This document shows positions 55,660-64,000 of a DNA stretch of 64,000 nt, piece by piece. Position 1 is the first letter of the stretch, and every line of letters begins with the position of its first letter. The position numbers and the translations under genes were made by a program. Source of the stretch: a virus; the IMG/VR virus record IMGVR_UViG_3300050821_013910, positions 10,563 through 74,562 of that record, one strand, 5' to 3'. The notes beneath the pieces are model-generated. The model saw only the letters and a list, made by a program, of their open reading frames with translations. It was not told the DNA's origin and made no database searches.

Positions 55660-55869
55660 CTACCGCTTCCCATTGCTCTGCCGACTTACCCACCCGTCCA
55701 GTACGTACCTGACCAGTGCCGCCGTACTCCAGCCTCGTACCCGCGCCGCCTTCTCCAGCTTCTCGACCGTCGTGCGGCGGAGCTTGTAGGCGGTGTAATT
55801 GACCAGCGGTTCAGCCTTGGTCGAGCGGAGAATCTGAGGTGAAGTACGCGGACTTGCGTGAGGCGGCAT
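55660..55869 (-). CDS. RHH-like DNA-binding protein
   Basis: TAYKLRRTTVEKLEKAARVRGWSTAALVRYVL. Confidence 0.65.
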   Translation of the reverse strand: MPPHASPRTSPQILRSTKAEPLVNYTAYKLRRTTVEKLEKAARVRGWSTAALVRYVLDGWVSRQSNGKR

Positions 55870-55918
55870 GGTGGTAGTCCTCTGTTACTTGCTGATACCG
55901 TTTGATTGAGACTCGCTG

Positions 55919-55947
55919 ATACTAAACCGGGCGGGTTGGGGTGTCAA
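55919..55947 (-). promoter_or_regulatory. sigma70 promoter of the recombination operon
   Basis: TTGACA-17-TAGTAT. Confidence 0.75.
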
Positions 55948-55955
55948 TCCCTTTC

Positions 55956-57842
55956 TCAACTATTTTCGATCTGCACTAACTCCTGTGGATGGTTCGCTTC
56001 CCTCACTCGGAAATGTTCCAACACGCTCGGATCATTGAACGGGTCCTGCCCGCCGAAGCAGAATCCCGGCTGGGTCGCGGTCGTGCGGTAGGCACAGAGT
56101 CCAGGATACGAGCAAGAATTTCTGCTTTGAGCGAACAATCGATTCAGAGCCGACCTTTTCGCGCCCGCGCCGCCTTCCCGCTCCGCTCGTCTGACCTCCT
56201 CGACATCCTTTGCTACTTGAACCTCCTGGCTCTCCATCTGCTCCAGCAGGTCGCGCATCTCATCGGCCGAGCGGTAGGCCACGACCACGGGGACCAGTTG
56301 CGCGGCGAGGGCGTCCAGCGGGTTCCCCTCGTCGTCCAACGCTCCCTCCTGAACCTTGCCCTCGTCCAAGAGGTCTACCCAGTCGCGAATTGCCATACTC
56401 TTCCAAACCGCCTGCTTCCTCCATGATCTGTAGTCGAGCCGCCTCCCCTTCCCTCCCTCGTCCTTCCAGTCATAAGTCCAGGCCCACCGCCTGTCCTCGC
56501 TCGTGATCCCTTCCTGACAGTAGGCCCGGACCAAGACTGACTCCTGGTTCCAGCGCGGTTCCCCCGGCTGAGCCTTCTTGTCCTCCCGCCTGGCCCCCTT
56601 CAGAAGGTACTCGTAGCGGACGCCGAGGATGGTCGGGGGGTCAGGCAGAGTAGAAAGCCACCGCGCCACTCGCGGACTCACCAACTTCTCCAGCTTCTCC
56701 AAGTCATGCACAGTAGAGTGAGCGAGCCTAACTGATTCGTTGCCAGTGGGAACCACCTGCGCTTCCTTGGTTGCGATGAGCCAGGCCTCCCCGAACCGCC
56801 GCTCCACGTCCACCGCCTCCGACAACCCCTGCATATCCACCTGCGCGTCCAGCTCCTTCCTCCGGTCCCAGGCCCCAGTTGTCTTGAAGGATTGGAGGTA
56901 GAGGTAGCCGGTCGAGCGTTCAAGGAGCAGGGCGTCGGGGCGGGAGAGGAAGTGGAGTTCGACCTGCTCAACTGGCCGAGTCCGCCTATGTCCTTCCTCG
57001 TCGATGCGCCACTCGTAACCGGGAAGGTCAGGGCAGCGGGTCCATGCGGGATCGTCCCACTGAGATAGAACCCACTGGCCTTCATGTTCCACTTCGATTA
57101 CAGAAAAATTTTCCAGCAGGTTCTGCCACCGTCTCCGGCTCCAGCACCTCACCATCCCCTCGACCAGCGCCGCCAACTCCTCGCGTAACCACTGGTCCTG
57201 ATCGAACGGTTGGTAAGCCACAGCCTGCGCCACCGCCGCCCCAATCGACGCGCCCGACTCAGGATGAGGAATGCCGGTGAATCCCGACGGCGGCACCAGA
57301 GGCAGGGCAAAATCTCCAAACTCGACCACGATCGGCGACTCGGCCTGCAGGCTCCCTCGCAACTGCTGGGTCAGAGTCGTCAGGGGAGTCACAAGAGTCG
57401 GCCCGGGTGCCGGCGCCAGAAGATCGTTGATCACCTCCGGCTGGCCCGCAGGTCCTGCCCCGCCGCCGGCCTGCCGCGACTTGGCCTCCTCGGGGTCAAG
57501 CTCGACCCCCTCGTGCCATTCGCTCTGGAAGGCCGTCAGCGCTGCTCCGACCGCCTCGTCCTCAATCCTCCGGACCTCCGGCGACCTGAACAACTCTGCC
57601 ACTACTTCCGCGACCGCGAGATCGGGACGCTGCTCCAGAAGGCTATCCACTGCAGACTGGCCAGACGAGAGGAGATAGGCAAGTCCGACGTGCACGGCCC
57701 CTCCCACGACCAGATGACTCGACTTCCGGGCCGGGGACAGTCCGACTCCCTGCTCGCCCTCGTGATACTCCAGATAACGAAGTCTGCGACACCTCTGCGC
57801 CGCCAAAATTCTCGACCTGTCTGTGTAAATGATCTGGGTCAC
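55956..57842 (-). CDS. PD-(D/E)XK (Cas4/RecB-like) exonuclease
   Basis: CRRLRYL, GGAVH, SRPDALL..LQSFKTT, C-terminal Cys cluster. Confidence 0.75.
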   Translation of the reverse strand: MTQIIYTDRSRILAAQRCRRLRYLEYHEGEQGVGLSPARKSSHLVVGGAVHVGLAYLLSSGQSAVDSLLEQRPDLAVAEVVAELFRSPEVRRIEDEAVGAALTAFQSEWHEGVELDPEEAKSRQAGGGAGPAGQPEVINDLLAPAPGPTLVTPLTTLTQQLRGSLQAESPIVVEFGDFALPLVPPSGFTGIPHPESGASIGAAVAQAVAYQPFDQDQWLREELAALVEGMVRCWSRRRWQNLLENFSVIEVEHEGQWVLSQWDDPAWTRCPDLPGYEWRIDEEGHRRTRPVEQVELHFLSRPDALLLERSTGYLYLQSFKTTGAWDRRKELDAQVDMQGLSEAVDVERRFGEAWLIATKEAQVVPTGNESVRLAHSTVHDLEKLEKLVSPRVARWLSTLPDPPTILGVRYEYLLKGARREDKKAQPGEPRWNQESVLVRAYCQEGITSEDRRWAWTYDWKDEGGKGRRLDYRSWRKQAVWKSMAIRDWVDLLDEGKVQEGALDDEGNPLDALAAQLVPVVVAYRSADEMRDLLEQMESQEVQVAKDVEEVRRAEREGGAGAKRSALNRLFAQSRNSCSYPGLCAYRTTATQPGFCFGGQDPFNDPSVLEHFRVREANHPQELVQIENS

Positions 57843-58177
57843 TGGGCTGCCTCTTCCAGTTCCACCTCCCCCAAAATCGGCTCGCACCGGTACACCGCCG
57901 GCCTGGCCGGCTCCACGATCTCACACACGGCGTTGCGCGGAATCTTGGCGTAGATCCAGATGGCGGGGGTCTTGTAGTTGAGGCTGATTTCCTCGCCCGC
58001 ATAATCTTTCATGAGCGGTCGTGGCAGCAGCTTGGCCACGTTCAGAAACTCCTGCTTCTGCGACTCGCTGTAGTGGTAGAACGACACGAGCGGGTCCTTG
58101 ATCTCCACCTCTGGGTTCTGGTCGAGCGAATCTGCGAAACGGCGCAGTTCGGCGGATACTTCCTTGGCTAACGGCAT
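57839..58177 (-). CDS. hypothetical protein, paralog of 54037..54531
   Basis: AAGGAG SD; shared motifs. Confidence 0.6.
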   Translation of the reverse strand: MPLAKEVSAELRRFADSLDQNPEVEIKDPLVSFYHYSESQKQEFLNVAKLLPRPLMKDYAGEEISLNYKTPAIWIYAKIPRNAVCEIVEPARPAVYRCEPILGEVELEEAAQ

Positions 58178-58238
58178 TGCTAGGTCTCCTTCTCTAGGGT
58201 CTCGTGGGTGTAGACAATAACGCGGACTCGCTTGTAGG

Positions 58239-58547
58239 TCATAAGCGGCACCCGCATTCAGGCTCCAGTCGCTCTCCCGACTGATCCCGTAGACAGTTTC
58301 CATGCTTGCAACGCGGCAGCGGCGCAACCCTCTCAGCAAACTCCACGGCCTCATGCAAGCGCTGAATCGCCGCCCGTTCCTTCTGCGCTTCAATGATTCG
58401 CAGGCAGAACTTGCAAGTCACATCGCCATCGCTTTCAGCCACGTTCATGTCACTGCCGGCGTGGAGACGACCACAGACGGTGGTGTTTACCGTACCGCCG
58501 AATGGACCGAGACGATATATCTGCTTGTGCATTACCGACCTGCCCAT
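58239..58547 (-). CDS. Cys-rich hypothetical protein
   Basis: VCG, VTCKFC, CKHG..CGC. Confidence 0.55.
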   Translation of the reverse strand: MGRSVMHKQIYRLGPFGGTVNTTVCGRLHAGSDMNVAESDGDVTCKFCLRIIEAQKERAAIQRLHEAVEFAERVAPLPRCKHGNCLRDQSGERLEPECGCRL

Positions 58548-58672
58548 ATCACCCTCTCCCTACCTGCCCCACTACCCTACCACCATCCCTACCTATTGTC
58601 AACCTATAAATTGGTGGCAGTGGTGGAGGGTGGTGGGATGGTTGCAAACGATGGGATGGTTGCGAACTTTAC

Positions 58673-59818
58673 TTAGTTCGGCAATCCCCTGCGGAACACT
58701 GTCGCCGCCGGCGTCCCGCCCTTGATCAATATCCCCAGGTCCACGCACTTGGCGATCCACTTGTCCACCGTGCGCACGCCCACTCCCACGCCCTTGCCCC
58801 ACTTCAACAGCGTCGCCCGGTCGAACTCGTCCCCCACCCCCTCCTCACCAAGCACATCAAACATCCGGTCCTGTTTGGTCGAGCGCAGATTCTCCGGCGC
58901 CGCGCAGATCAGCAATCTCCCCTGCTTGAAATCCGCCCACTTCGGCCCCAGCTGCCCCCTCGCGGTCTTCGAGTAGATGTTCAACCGGCGGATCGTCGCC
59001 GGCGGCTTCCATTCCTCCAGCCCCAGAATCGACGATGCGTTCATCGCCCACTGGACCGAGCCCAGGATCCGCGACGGGGTCCGTCCGTGTGGGCGGTCCT
59101 TGGCCTCGGCGATCGTGCCCAGGATGGCGCACCCCTTCTCGATGCAGAACTTTTTGAGGGTGTTGAACAGCTCGATAATCACATCTACGTCGCTGATCCG
59201 TTTCGAGGGAACCATTCCATGCAGGGATTCGATCAGCAGGAGTTTAGGCCTGCGTCCCTCGGCCTTGGCGGTCAGGCACTCATAGGACCCGTCCAGCAGC
59301 AGCCTCACTCCCTCGAAGTAATCCACCTGATCCTTCTCTTTCAACCCCGGCCACTTGACCACCGGAAAGGTCTTCTTGGTCAGGTGATCCAGCCCCAACT
59401 CCTCCACTCGCTGCTCGATCTCATCCACAAACGCCGAGATCAGGATCATGCCCAGCTGCACTCTCGGGCCGGGAATGGGAATGTCGAGGAAGGGAAGGTC
59501 GTCGATCGGGTTGGCATAGTTGTTGAACTGGGATAGCAGAAGACGTTTGGACCCGGTACAAGGGGCATGAACCAGCAGCGAAATAGACTCGCGCGGTATC
59601 AGGCCGGGCACAAGGTCTGGGAGACGTGGTTTCTTGGACGAGTGAGCGAGGACGCCGAGCTGGTCGGGAGGATCTGGAGGGGCGGCCGGCTTTGGAGGAG
59701 GGATTGGATCCTGCCAGAACGGCCCAGGTTCCGAGTCATCTTGGGCTAGGGTTGTTGGGGTTGAGGCTGAGGCATCAGGCGAGAGAGGGCGATCATCTAA
59801 TTCATAATCAGATACCAT
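58673..59818 (-). CDS. RepA/AAA_25-like replication protein with degenerate Walker A and C-terminal HTH
   Basis: LVPGLIPRESISLLVHAPCTGSK, LLLIESL, ILGSVQW; GVGVRTVDKWI. Confidence 0.6.
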   Translation of the reverse strand: MVSDYELDDRPLSPDASASTPTTLAQDDSEPGPFWQDPIPPPKPAAPPDPPDQLGVLAHSSKKPRLPDLVPGLIPRESISLLVHAPCTGSKRLLLSQFNNYANPIDDLPFLDIPIPGPRVQLGMILISAFVDEIEQRVEELGLDHLTKKTFPVVKWPGLKEKDQVDYFEGVRLLLDGSYECLTAKAEGRRPKLLLIESLHGMVPSKRISDVDVIIELFNTLKKFCIEKGCAILGTIAEAKDRPHGRTPSRILGSVQWAMNASSILGLEEWKPPATIRRLNIYSKTARGQLGPKWADFKQGRLLICAAPENLRSTKQDRMFDVLGEEGVGDEFDRATLLKWGKGVGVGVRTVDKWIAKCVDLGILIKGGTPAATVFRRGLPN

Positions 59819-60174
59819 TGAGCACCTTTCAAAAGGGCACAATTGTCCTGTCGCGTCTTATCGGGGGAGGACGTGGCGGATCCTGTGCGAATTACTCCTT
59901 AACAGCTAGTGTGGGGGATGGGTGGGTCGGAGCCGGTTTGGGACCGGCCCCGAAAACCCTTTCCGCACAGGGCCGCTAAGGGCACCGGGTTTTCCTCGCG
60001 AGTCAACCCGGCGAGTCCAACATAGAACAAGAGAGCGAGTTAACGCAACTGTAATTTTGGTGGGATTTTTGGGCCGCTGGTCCGCCTCCGCCAGCCAGCC
60101 TGCGGCTCACCCGCGGCCAGCTGCCTGCAGGCCAGCCGGCGCAACGCGCCACTTCTCTATAGATAGATAGTACT

Positions 60175-60362
60175 TAATGCAAAATGCAAAATGGAACCTA
60201 ATACCTAATCTATCAACCACTTAACCGTTGCAACATGACTGTGCAACGCATGTTGCAATGCAACGCCTGACCGTTGCATTGCATTTGTAGTTGCAACTTG
60301 CGATTGCAACTCCTAAGTATATGAGTAGTAACAATTTATCTTCCATTTTGCATTTTGCATTA
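60175..60362. repeat. AT-rich origin-like region: 22-bp perfect inverted repeat enclosing TTGCA/TGCAA repeats
   Basis: TAATGCAAAATGCAAAATGGAA (60175-60196) and its reverse complement (60341-60362). Confidence 0.75.
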
Positions 60363-60582
60363 GACCCCCTATACCCCCTGAAGACAAAGCGAAGACGTAC
60401 CAAATTATGACAAGGAGTACCATTAAACTTAATCGATTTACTGATCTGCTGCCAACCTCAAATCCGCCCTCACTCCACCACCACCGCCACCACCCCCAGC
60501 ACCGCCGCCAGGAGGAACCAGAGGAGGATGCGGAGGAGGGGAGGGAGGGGGGAGAGGGAATGGGGCGCGGCAGGGGAACCAG

Positions 60583-61155
60583 TCATGCTGCGACCCCGCT
60601 GGCCTGCTTGGCGATCCACTCTCCCAGCACCGGGAACCTTTCAGCAATCTCGCCCCAAGTGGGGTACAGCCCTGCGTGTTCCTTCCCGTACTGCGCTGGC
60701 CACTCCGTACTGACCTTGTACTCGCACTGGTACTGCTTCCGAGCAGTCAGCAGGGCCAGGAAATACTCGTCCAGTTCGCGCAGGGGAGTCTTAGTCCCCC
60801 ACTCCGGTTCGCAGGCCGCCAGACTGAGATACCCGTACCCGCCCGTTCCCACGACCGGAACCTTCCGCGGGAGCTGGACCCCGAACCCTTCGCGGTAGCG
60901 GGCCACGTCCTCCCCCTCCGCGTCATAGACCCGCACGTTGCAGCGGTCGTGCCAAGCCACACAGTTGTACCGGGTCAGCACCTCCATGTCAGCCGGGGGA
61001 ATGGCCTGCTCGAAGTGGCGTGCGATCACCTCAGCCACCTCCGCCTGCCTCTCCGGGGGCGCGATCCGGTCCTGGTAGTCGGCCCATGCCTCCTGTACGA
61101 GCCGGGACAGCAGCCCGGCTTCGGCCCGGGGTTTGAATCGTTGCTTGAGGTTCAT
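60583..61155 (-). CDS. hypothetical protein
   Basis: AAGGTGGTG SD; high GC3. Confidence 0.6.
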   Translation of the reverse strand: MNLKQRFKPRAEAGLLSRLVQEAWADYQDRIAPPERQAEVAEVIARHFEQAIPPADMEVLTRYNCVAWHDRCNVRVYDAEGEDVARYREGFGVQLPRKVPVVGTGGYGYLSLAACEPEWGTKTPLRELDEYFLALLTARKQYQCEYKVSTEWPAQYGKEHAGLYPTWGEIAERFPVLGEWIAKQASGVAA

Positions 61156-61204
61156 TTGAGCACCACCTTCCTGATCGCCCCCGCCACCACCACTACGCAT
61201 GTGA

Positions 61205-61501
61205 TCATGCCCGGACCTCTTTCAGCCACTGCCTACACTTCTTCCCGTCAAACTCGCGCAGCATCCTGGCAATCGAATCCTGCACTGCCGGGCCGTTGGA
61301 AACAACATCAATCGCGTAGTCGCCTTCCCCGGGGTGCTCGATGCACAATGAGACCTCGCCCGTGGTCAGCATCTCGGCTGTCAGCCTCAACCCGGCCGCC
61401 CTCATGGCCTCGTACCCCGGCGCACAATCGTCCGGCACTTGGGTCGTCTGCCGAACCTGCCGACCATTGGGAAGCATGAACTGGATCACTTCGACGGTCA
61501 T
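61205..61501 (-). CDS. hypothetical protein
   Basis: GGAGG SD; QFMLPNGRQ...AEMLTTGEVSL. Confidence 0.6.
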   Translation of the reverse strand: MTVEVIQFMLPNGRQVRQTTQVPDDCAPGYEAMRAAGLRLTAEMLTTGEVSLCIEHPGEGDYAIDVVSNGPAVQDSIARMLREFDGKKCRQWLKEVRA

Positions 61502-62007
61502 CGCGCCAACCTCCACACCCACACCCCCACCAGCACCGCCAGCACGAACCCGGCCTCGAACACCAAGGCCCAGGCGGCGCCGTTCCACAGGGGAGCTGAA
61601 TCGTCCTGCTCCGCTGCCTCCTCCGCCTCTGCCTGCCAGTCCCGCCCCCACCTTCGCTCCCCATCCGCGTCCAGGTACCAGCCTGAGGGTTCGATCGCGC
61701 ATTCTGTGCCGGTGCCGCCGCGCGCCACCGGGCCGCCCTGAGGCGACAGGCCACCGGGACGATGGATTGACTCACCCTCCGCCTCCCAAGGCCTCAGCGG
61801 GGCGTACAGAGGGTCCGTCGGCCCAACCACGACCCCATCCCCCAGCGAGTCCAACGAGTCCAGTGATAGCCTCAAAGCCGCCAGCCGGGTCAGCGGGGAC
61901 CCAGCCGCCCCATACGACCCGCACACTCGATCCACGGCGCGCTCAGCCTCGGTCCGGCGATCCGGCAACGGCTCCGACAACGGCAACAACGGATAGCAAC
62001 GTTTCAT
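61498..62007 (-). CDS. membrane protein (C-terminal TM)
   Basis: AAGGA SD; hydrophobic C-terminus. Confidence 0.5.
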   Translation of the reverse strand: MKRCYPLLPLSEPLPDRRTEAERAVDRVCGSYGAAGSPLTRLAALRLSLDSLDSLGDGVVVGPTDPLYAPLRPWEAEGESIHRPGGLSPQGGPVARGGTGTECAIEPSGWYLDADGERRWGRDWQAEAEEAAEQDDSAPLWNGAAWALVFEAGFVLAVLVGVWVWRLAR

Positions 62008-62020
62008 GTCCTTCACCACC

Positions 62021-62542
62021 TCAGTACCTACCTTTCCCCGGCCTAGCCACCGGCCCAGCCGACCCAAAACCTTGCTCCAAATTCCCTCCCACTGCTATCG
62101 AGTCCATGACTACCTCCCCCACGACCACGGCCTTGGCCACCCGGTCGTGGTGGTGATGGTTGAGCCAACTGGTTAAGAGCGCATACCCCACCGGCACCGC
62201 CTCCGAATACGCCCACACGGCCGCCGGATGCCCCTCGGCGAACAACCGGGCCGGCCAGCCCGCCTCGACGAACCGCCTCCCTCCGCCTGCCTCCCTCCCC
62301 AGCGCGCGATTGGTCGACCAGGCGTCCAGCGAGCGGACGGTCAGGTCAGAGAGGAGGAGGAGCCGGTCGGTGCGGTCGAGAGTGAGCCGGAATGGATGCC
62401 TCGGCGCGGCAGTGGATGGCGCCACGGTCGCCACTGTCGCCACTGTCGCCACCGCGGACGGCACCGGAGCATCGGGAAGCGCCTCCCCCCGGGCAACCGG
62501 GGATAGCAGAGACAGGAACAGAAGCAGTGCAAGGTGTTTCAT
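62021..62542 (-). CDS. secreted/membrane protein
   Basis: Signal peptide followed by LPDAP motif. Confidence 0.6.
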   Translation of the reverse strand: MKHLALLLFLSLLSPVARGEALPDAPVPSAVATVATVATVAPSTAAPRHPFRLTLDRTDRLLLLSDLTVRSLDAWSTNRALGREAGGGRRFVEAGWPARLFAEGHPAAVWAYSEAVPVGYALLTSWLNHHHHDRVAKAVVVGEVVMDSIAVGGNLEQGFGSAGPVARPGKGRY

Positions 62543-62570
62543 TGGGTCACTTTCTTTCTTTCTCTCGGTC

Positions 62571-62834
62571 TCACTTAGTGGTGTGATCGCAGCTAAGTAC
62601 GAGAGGACTAACAGCGTCCCCCTGCTGGATCATAGTTATGTCCTTCTCTTCGCACACGAGCGTCCTGTCCGACCCGAACAAGTACAGCCGGTAATCGCCG
62701 TTGGGTTGGGGCTGATAGACCACTTCGATGCGGGCGCGGCCAGGCGCGCGTGTGGTGCCGCCCGTGCGAGTCGTGCCCGCGCCCGCCGAGGCAAAGGTTA
62801 GTAATCCGGCCAGAATGTAGATTGACTTACTCAT
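62571..62834 (-). CDS. small secreted protein
   Basis: Signal peptide MSKSIYILAGLLTFASAGA; Cys pair. Confidence 0.55.
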   Translation of the reverse strand: MSKSIYILAGLLTFASAGAGTTRTGGTTRAPGRARIEVVYQPQPNGDYRLYLFGSDRTLVCEEKDITMIQQGDAVSPLVLSCDHTTK

Positions 62835-62886
62835 TTGGGTTCCTCTCTTTGGATTCTTGTATGTGTAGGAGTTAGCTAACTCGACT

Positions 62887-63513
62887 TCAGAGCCAGCGCT
62901 GCCGGAGCGCGTATCCGCCGCTCTCGTGATGGTCGGCCTTCACCCGGTTGCAATGGTCGTTGCTCGGGCATCCCTTCCCGACACAATCGAACCCATCGGG
63001 GAACAGCACGGACGAAAGGTTATGGACTAAGTGAAACCCCATATCCATCCCGCACCCGCCCACCACAATCCCCGCGTCCTGTACGTACCCGGCGCGCGAC
63101 TTGATCGGCTCGTCCATGACTTTGGCGGCCAGCCACGAGATATCGCGAATGCCGTCAGCTGTCGAGATCACAAGCGAGATCCGGCGCGACATCCCCGACC
63201 GCGAACAATGCCGCAGGATGGTCGACACGGTGTCGCCGGGTTTCAGGAGTTCGCGCAGGTCGTGCGCGGCGTCCGCCTTGTCGCCAATCGCCGACGGATA
63301 CTGACCCTTGTTCCAGCGGACAGCCGTGTCCTTTGCCCCGTCCTCTGACTTGGCATAGGCCAGCCGGACCCCGCTGTCAGTCGCATAAATCGCCCACTCG
63401 GCCGGGTACTGCTTGGGTTGATCGTTGAAGTCGGTTCCCACAAAGGCCGCGCGCCACTCGCGCGCCTCAAAGCGGACTGCGGCCACGGCCGCGTCACTCG
63501 CTGTCGTTCTCAT
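62887..63513 (-). CDS. hypothetical phage protein
   Basis: LKPGDTV.TILRH.SRSGMSRRI...GCGMDMGFH motif. Confidence 0.65.
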   Translation of the reverse strand: MRTTASDAAVAAVRFEAREWRAAFVGTDFNDQPKQYPAEWAIYATDSGVRLAYAKSEDGAKDTAVRWNKGQYPSAIGDKADAAHDLRELLKPGDTVSTILRHCSRSGMSRRISLVISTADGIRDISWLAAKVMDEPIKSRAGYVQDAGIVVGGCGMDMGFHLVHNLSSVLFPDGFDCVGKGCPSNDHCNRVKADHHESGGYALRQRWL

Positions 63514-63578
63514 GACTGTCTCTCTTGTGCGACTACTCCGTCGCCGGTTAATATGCTGTCCGACTGCTCCCCCCAACC

Positions 63579-63896
63579 CTACCCCAATTCCTCCCGCTTG
63601 TCAATAGGGGAGGTAGCTTGTTGCATCTCTTCGGCGACAACCACACGCATTTTTTCGTCGTCGGCCATCTGGTACATGCGATTGATTTCGTTGCCCATAG
63701 CAATAAGGGCGTAAGTCATGCGCGACCGGCCCCCATCGCCCTCCATGAAAATCAGGAATGACCGAATCCCCTCTAACTTGTGTGCGGCTTTGAGATAATC
63801 TGCCGTGGTGTTGGAGCGGACAGATTGGCCCACGATGTAACCTACTGTTTGATCCAAGCTGTCACCAAAAAGCAAATTGTGCATCGCGGTTGGCAT
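63579..63896 (-). CDS. hypothetical protein
   Basis: AAGGGAG SD; first gene of the leftward unit. Confidence 0.55.
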   Translation of the reverse strand: MPTAMHNLLFGDSLDQTVGYIVGQSVRSNTTADYLKAAHKLEGIRSFLIFMEGDGGRSRMTYALIAMGNEINRMYQMADDEKMRVVVAEEMQQATSPIDKREELG

Positions 63897-63933
63897 CTTG
63901 CTCCCTTTCCTCTCTCCCTGCTATCCTTCCCCC

Positions 63934-64000
63934 ATGCCCGACCCTGCCCGCCCGGCCCGCCCCGCCGCCCGTTCCTACGTCCCCCCTGGCCCCCCCGCCC
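63934..64000 (+). CDS. start of a Pro/Ala-rich gene (leaderless), runs off the window
   Basis: TATCCT -10-like hexamer, ATG 6 nt later. Confidence 0.4.
   Translation, partial: MPDPARPARPAARSYVPPGPPA

Noticed and set aside
55956-57842. Cas4-like nuclease as the adaptation module of the array system
   Set aside because: It lies 44 kb away in a standard nuclease/Sak4/SSB recombination cluster.

Overview
This is a GC-rich, podovirus-like tailed phage genome segment, possibly nearly the whole circular genome. The + strand (1-37.2 kb) carries small early/unknown genes, an RNase AS-like exonuclease, an HNH-AP2 endonuclease pseudogene, TerL, portal, scaffold, major capsid, adaptor/nozzle, ejection proteins, three large fibre/spike-like proteins and holin-like membrane proteins. 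An IS1595-family transposase region and a tRNA-like element sit at 37.5-39.9 kb. The - strand (40-63.9 kb) carries replication/recombination genes: a UDG-PolA fusion with a LAGLIDADG intein, a Pif1/RecD-like helicase, SSB-like, Sak4-like and PD-(D/E)XK proteins, a RepA/AAA-like protein and an origin-like repeat region. The most striking element is a self-contained antisense cassette in the head operon (11.3-12.45 kb): promoter, RHH repressor, 5-nt-periodic GGY-NN array, a solo Cas7/RAMP-like gene and a second GGY-NN array. This is a candidate non-CRISPR RNA-guided system. Other oddities are clusters of protamine-like micro-ORFs, Sec signal peptides on the fibre-like proteins, probable ACG/ATC starts for TerL and portal, and a PolA with substituted steric-gate and motif-B residues. 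All functional calls come from motif recognition by eye; no database searches were run.
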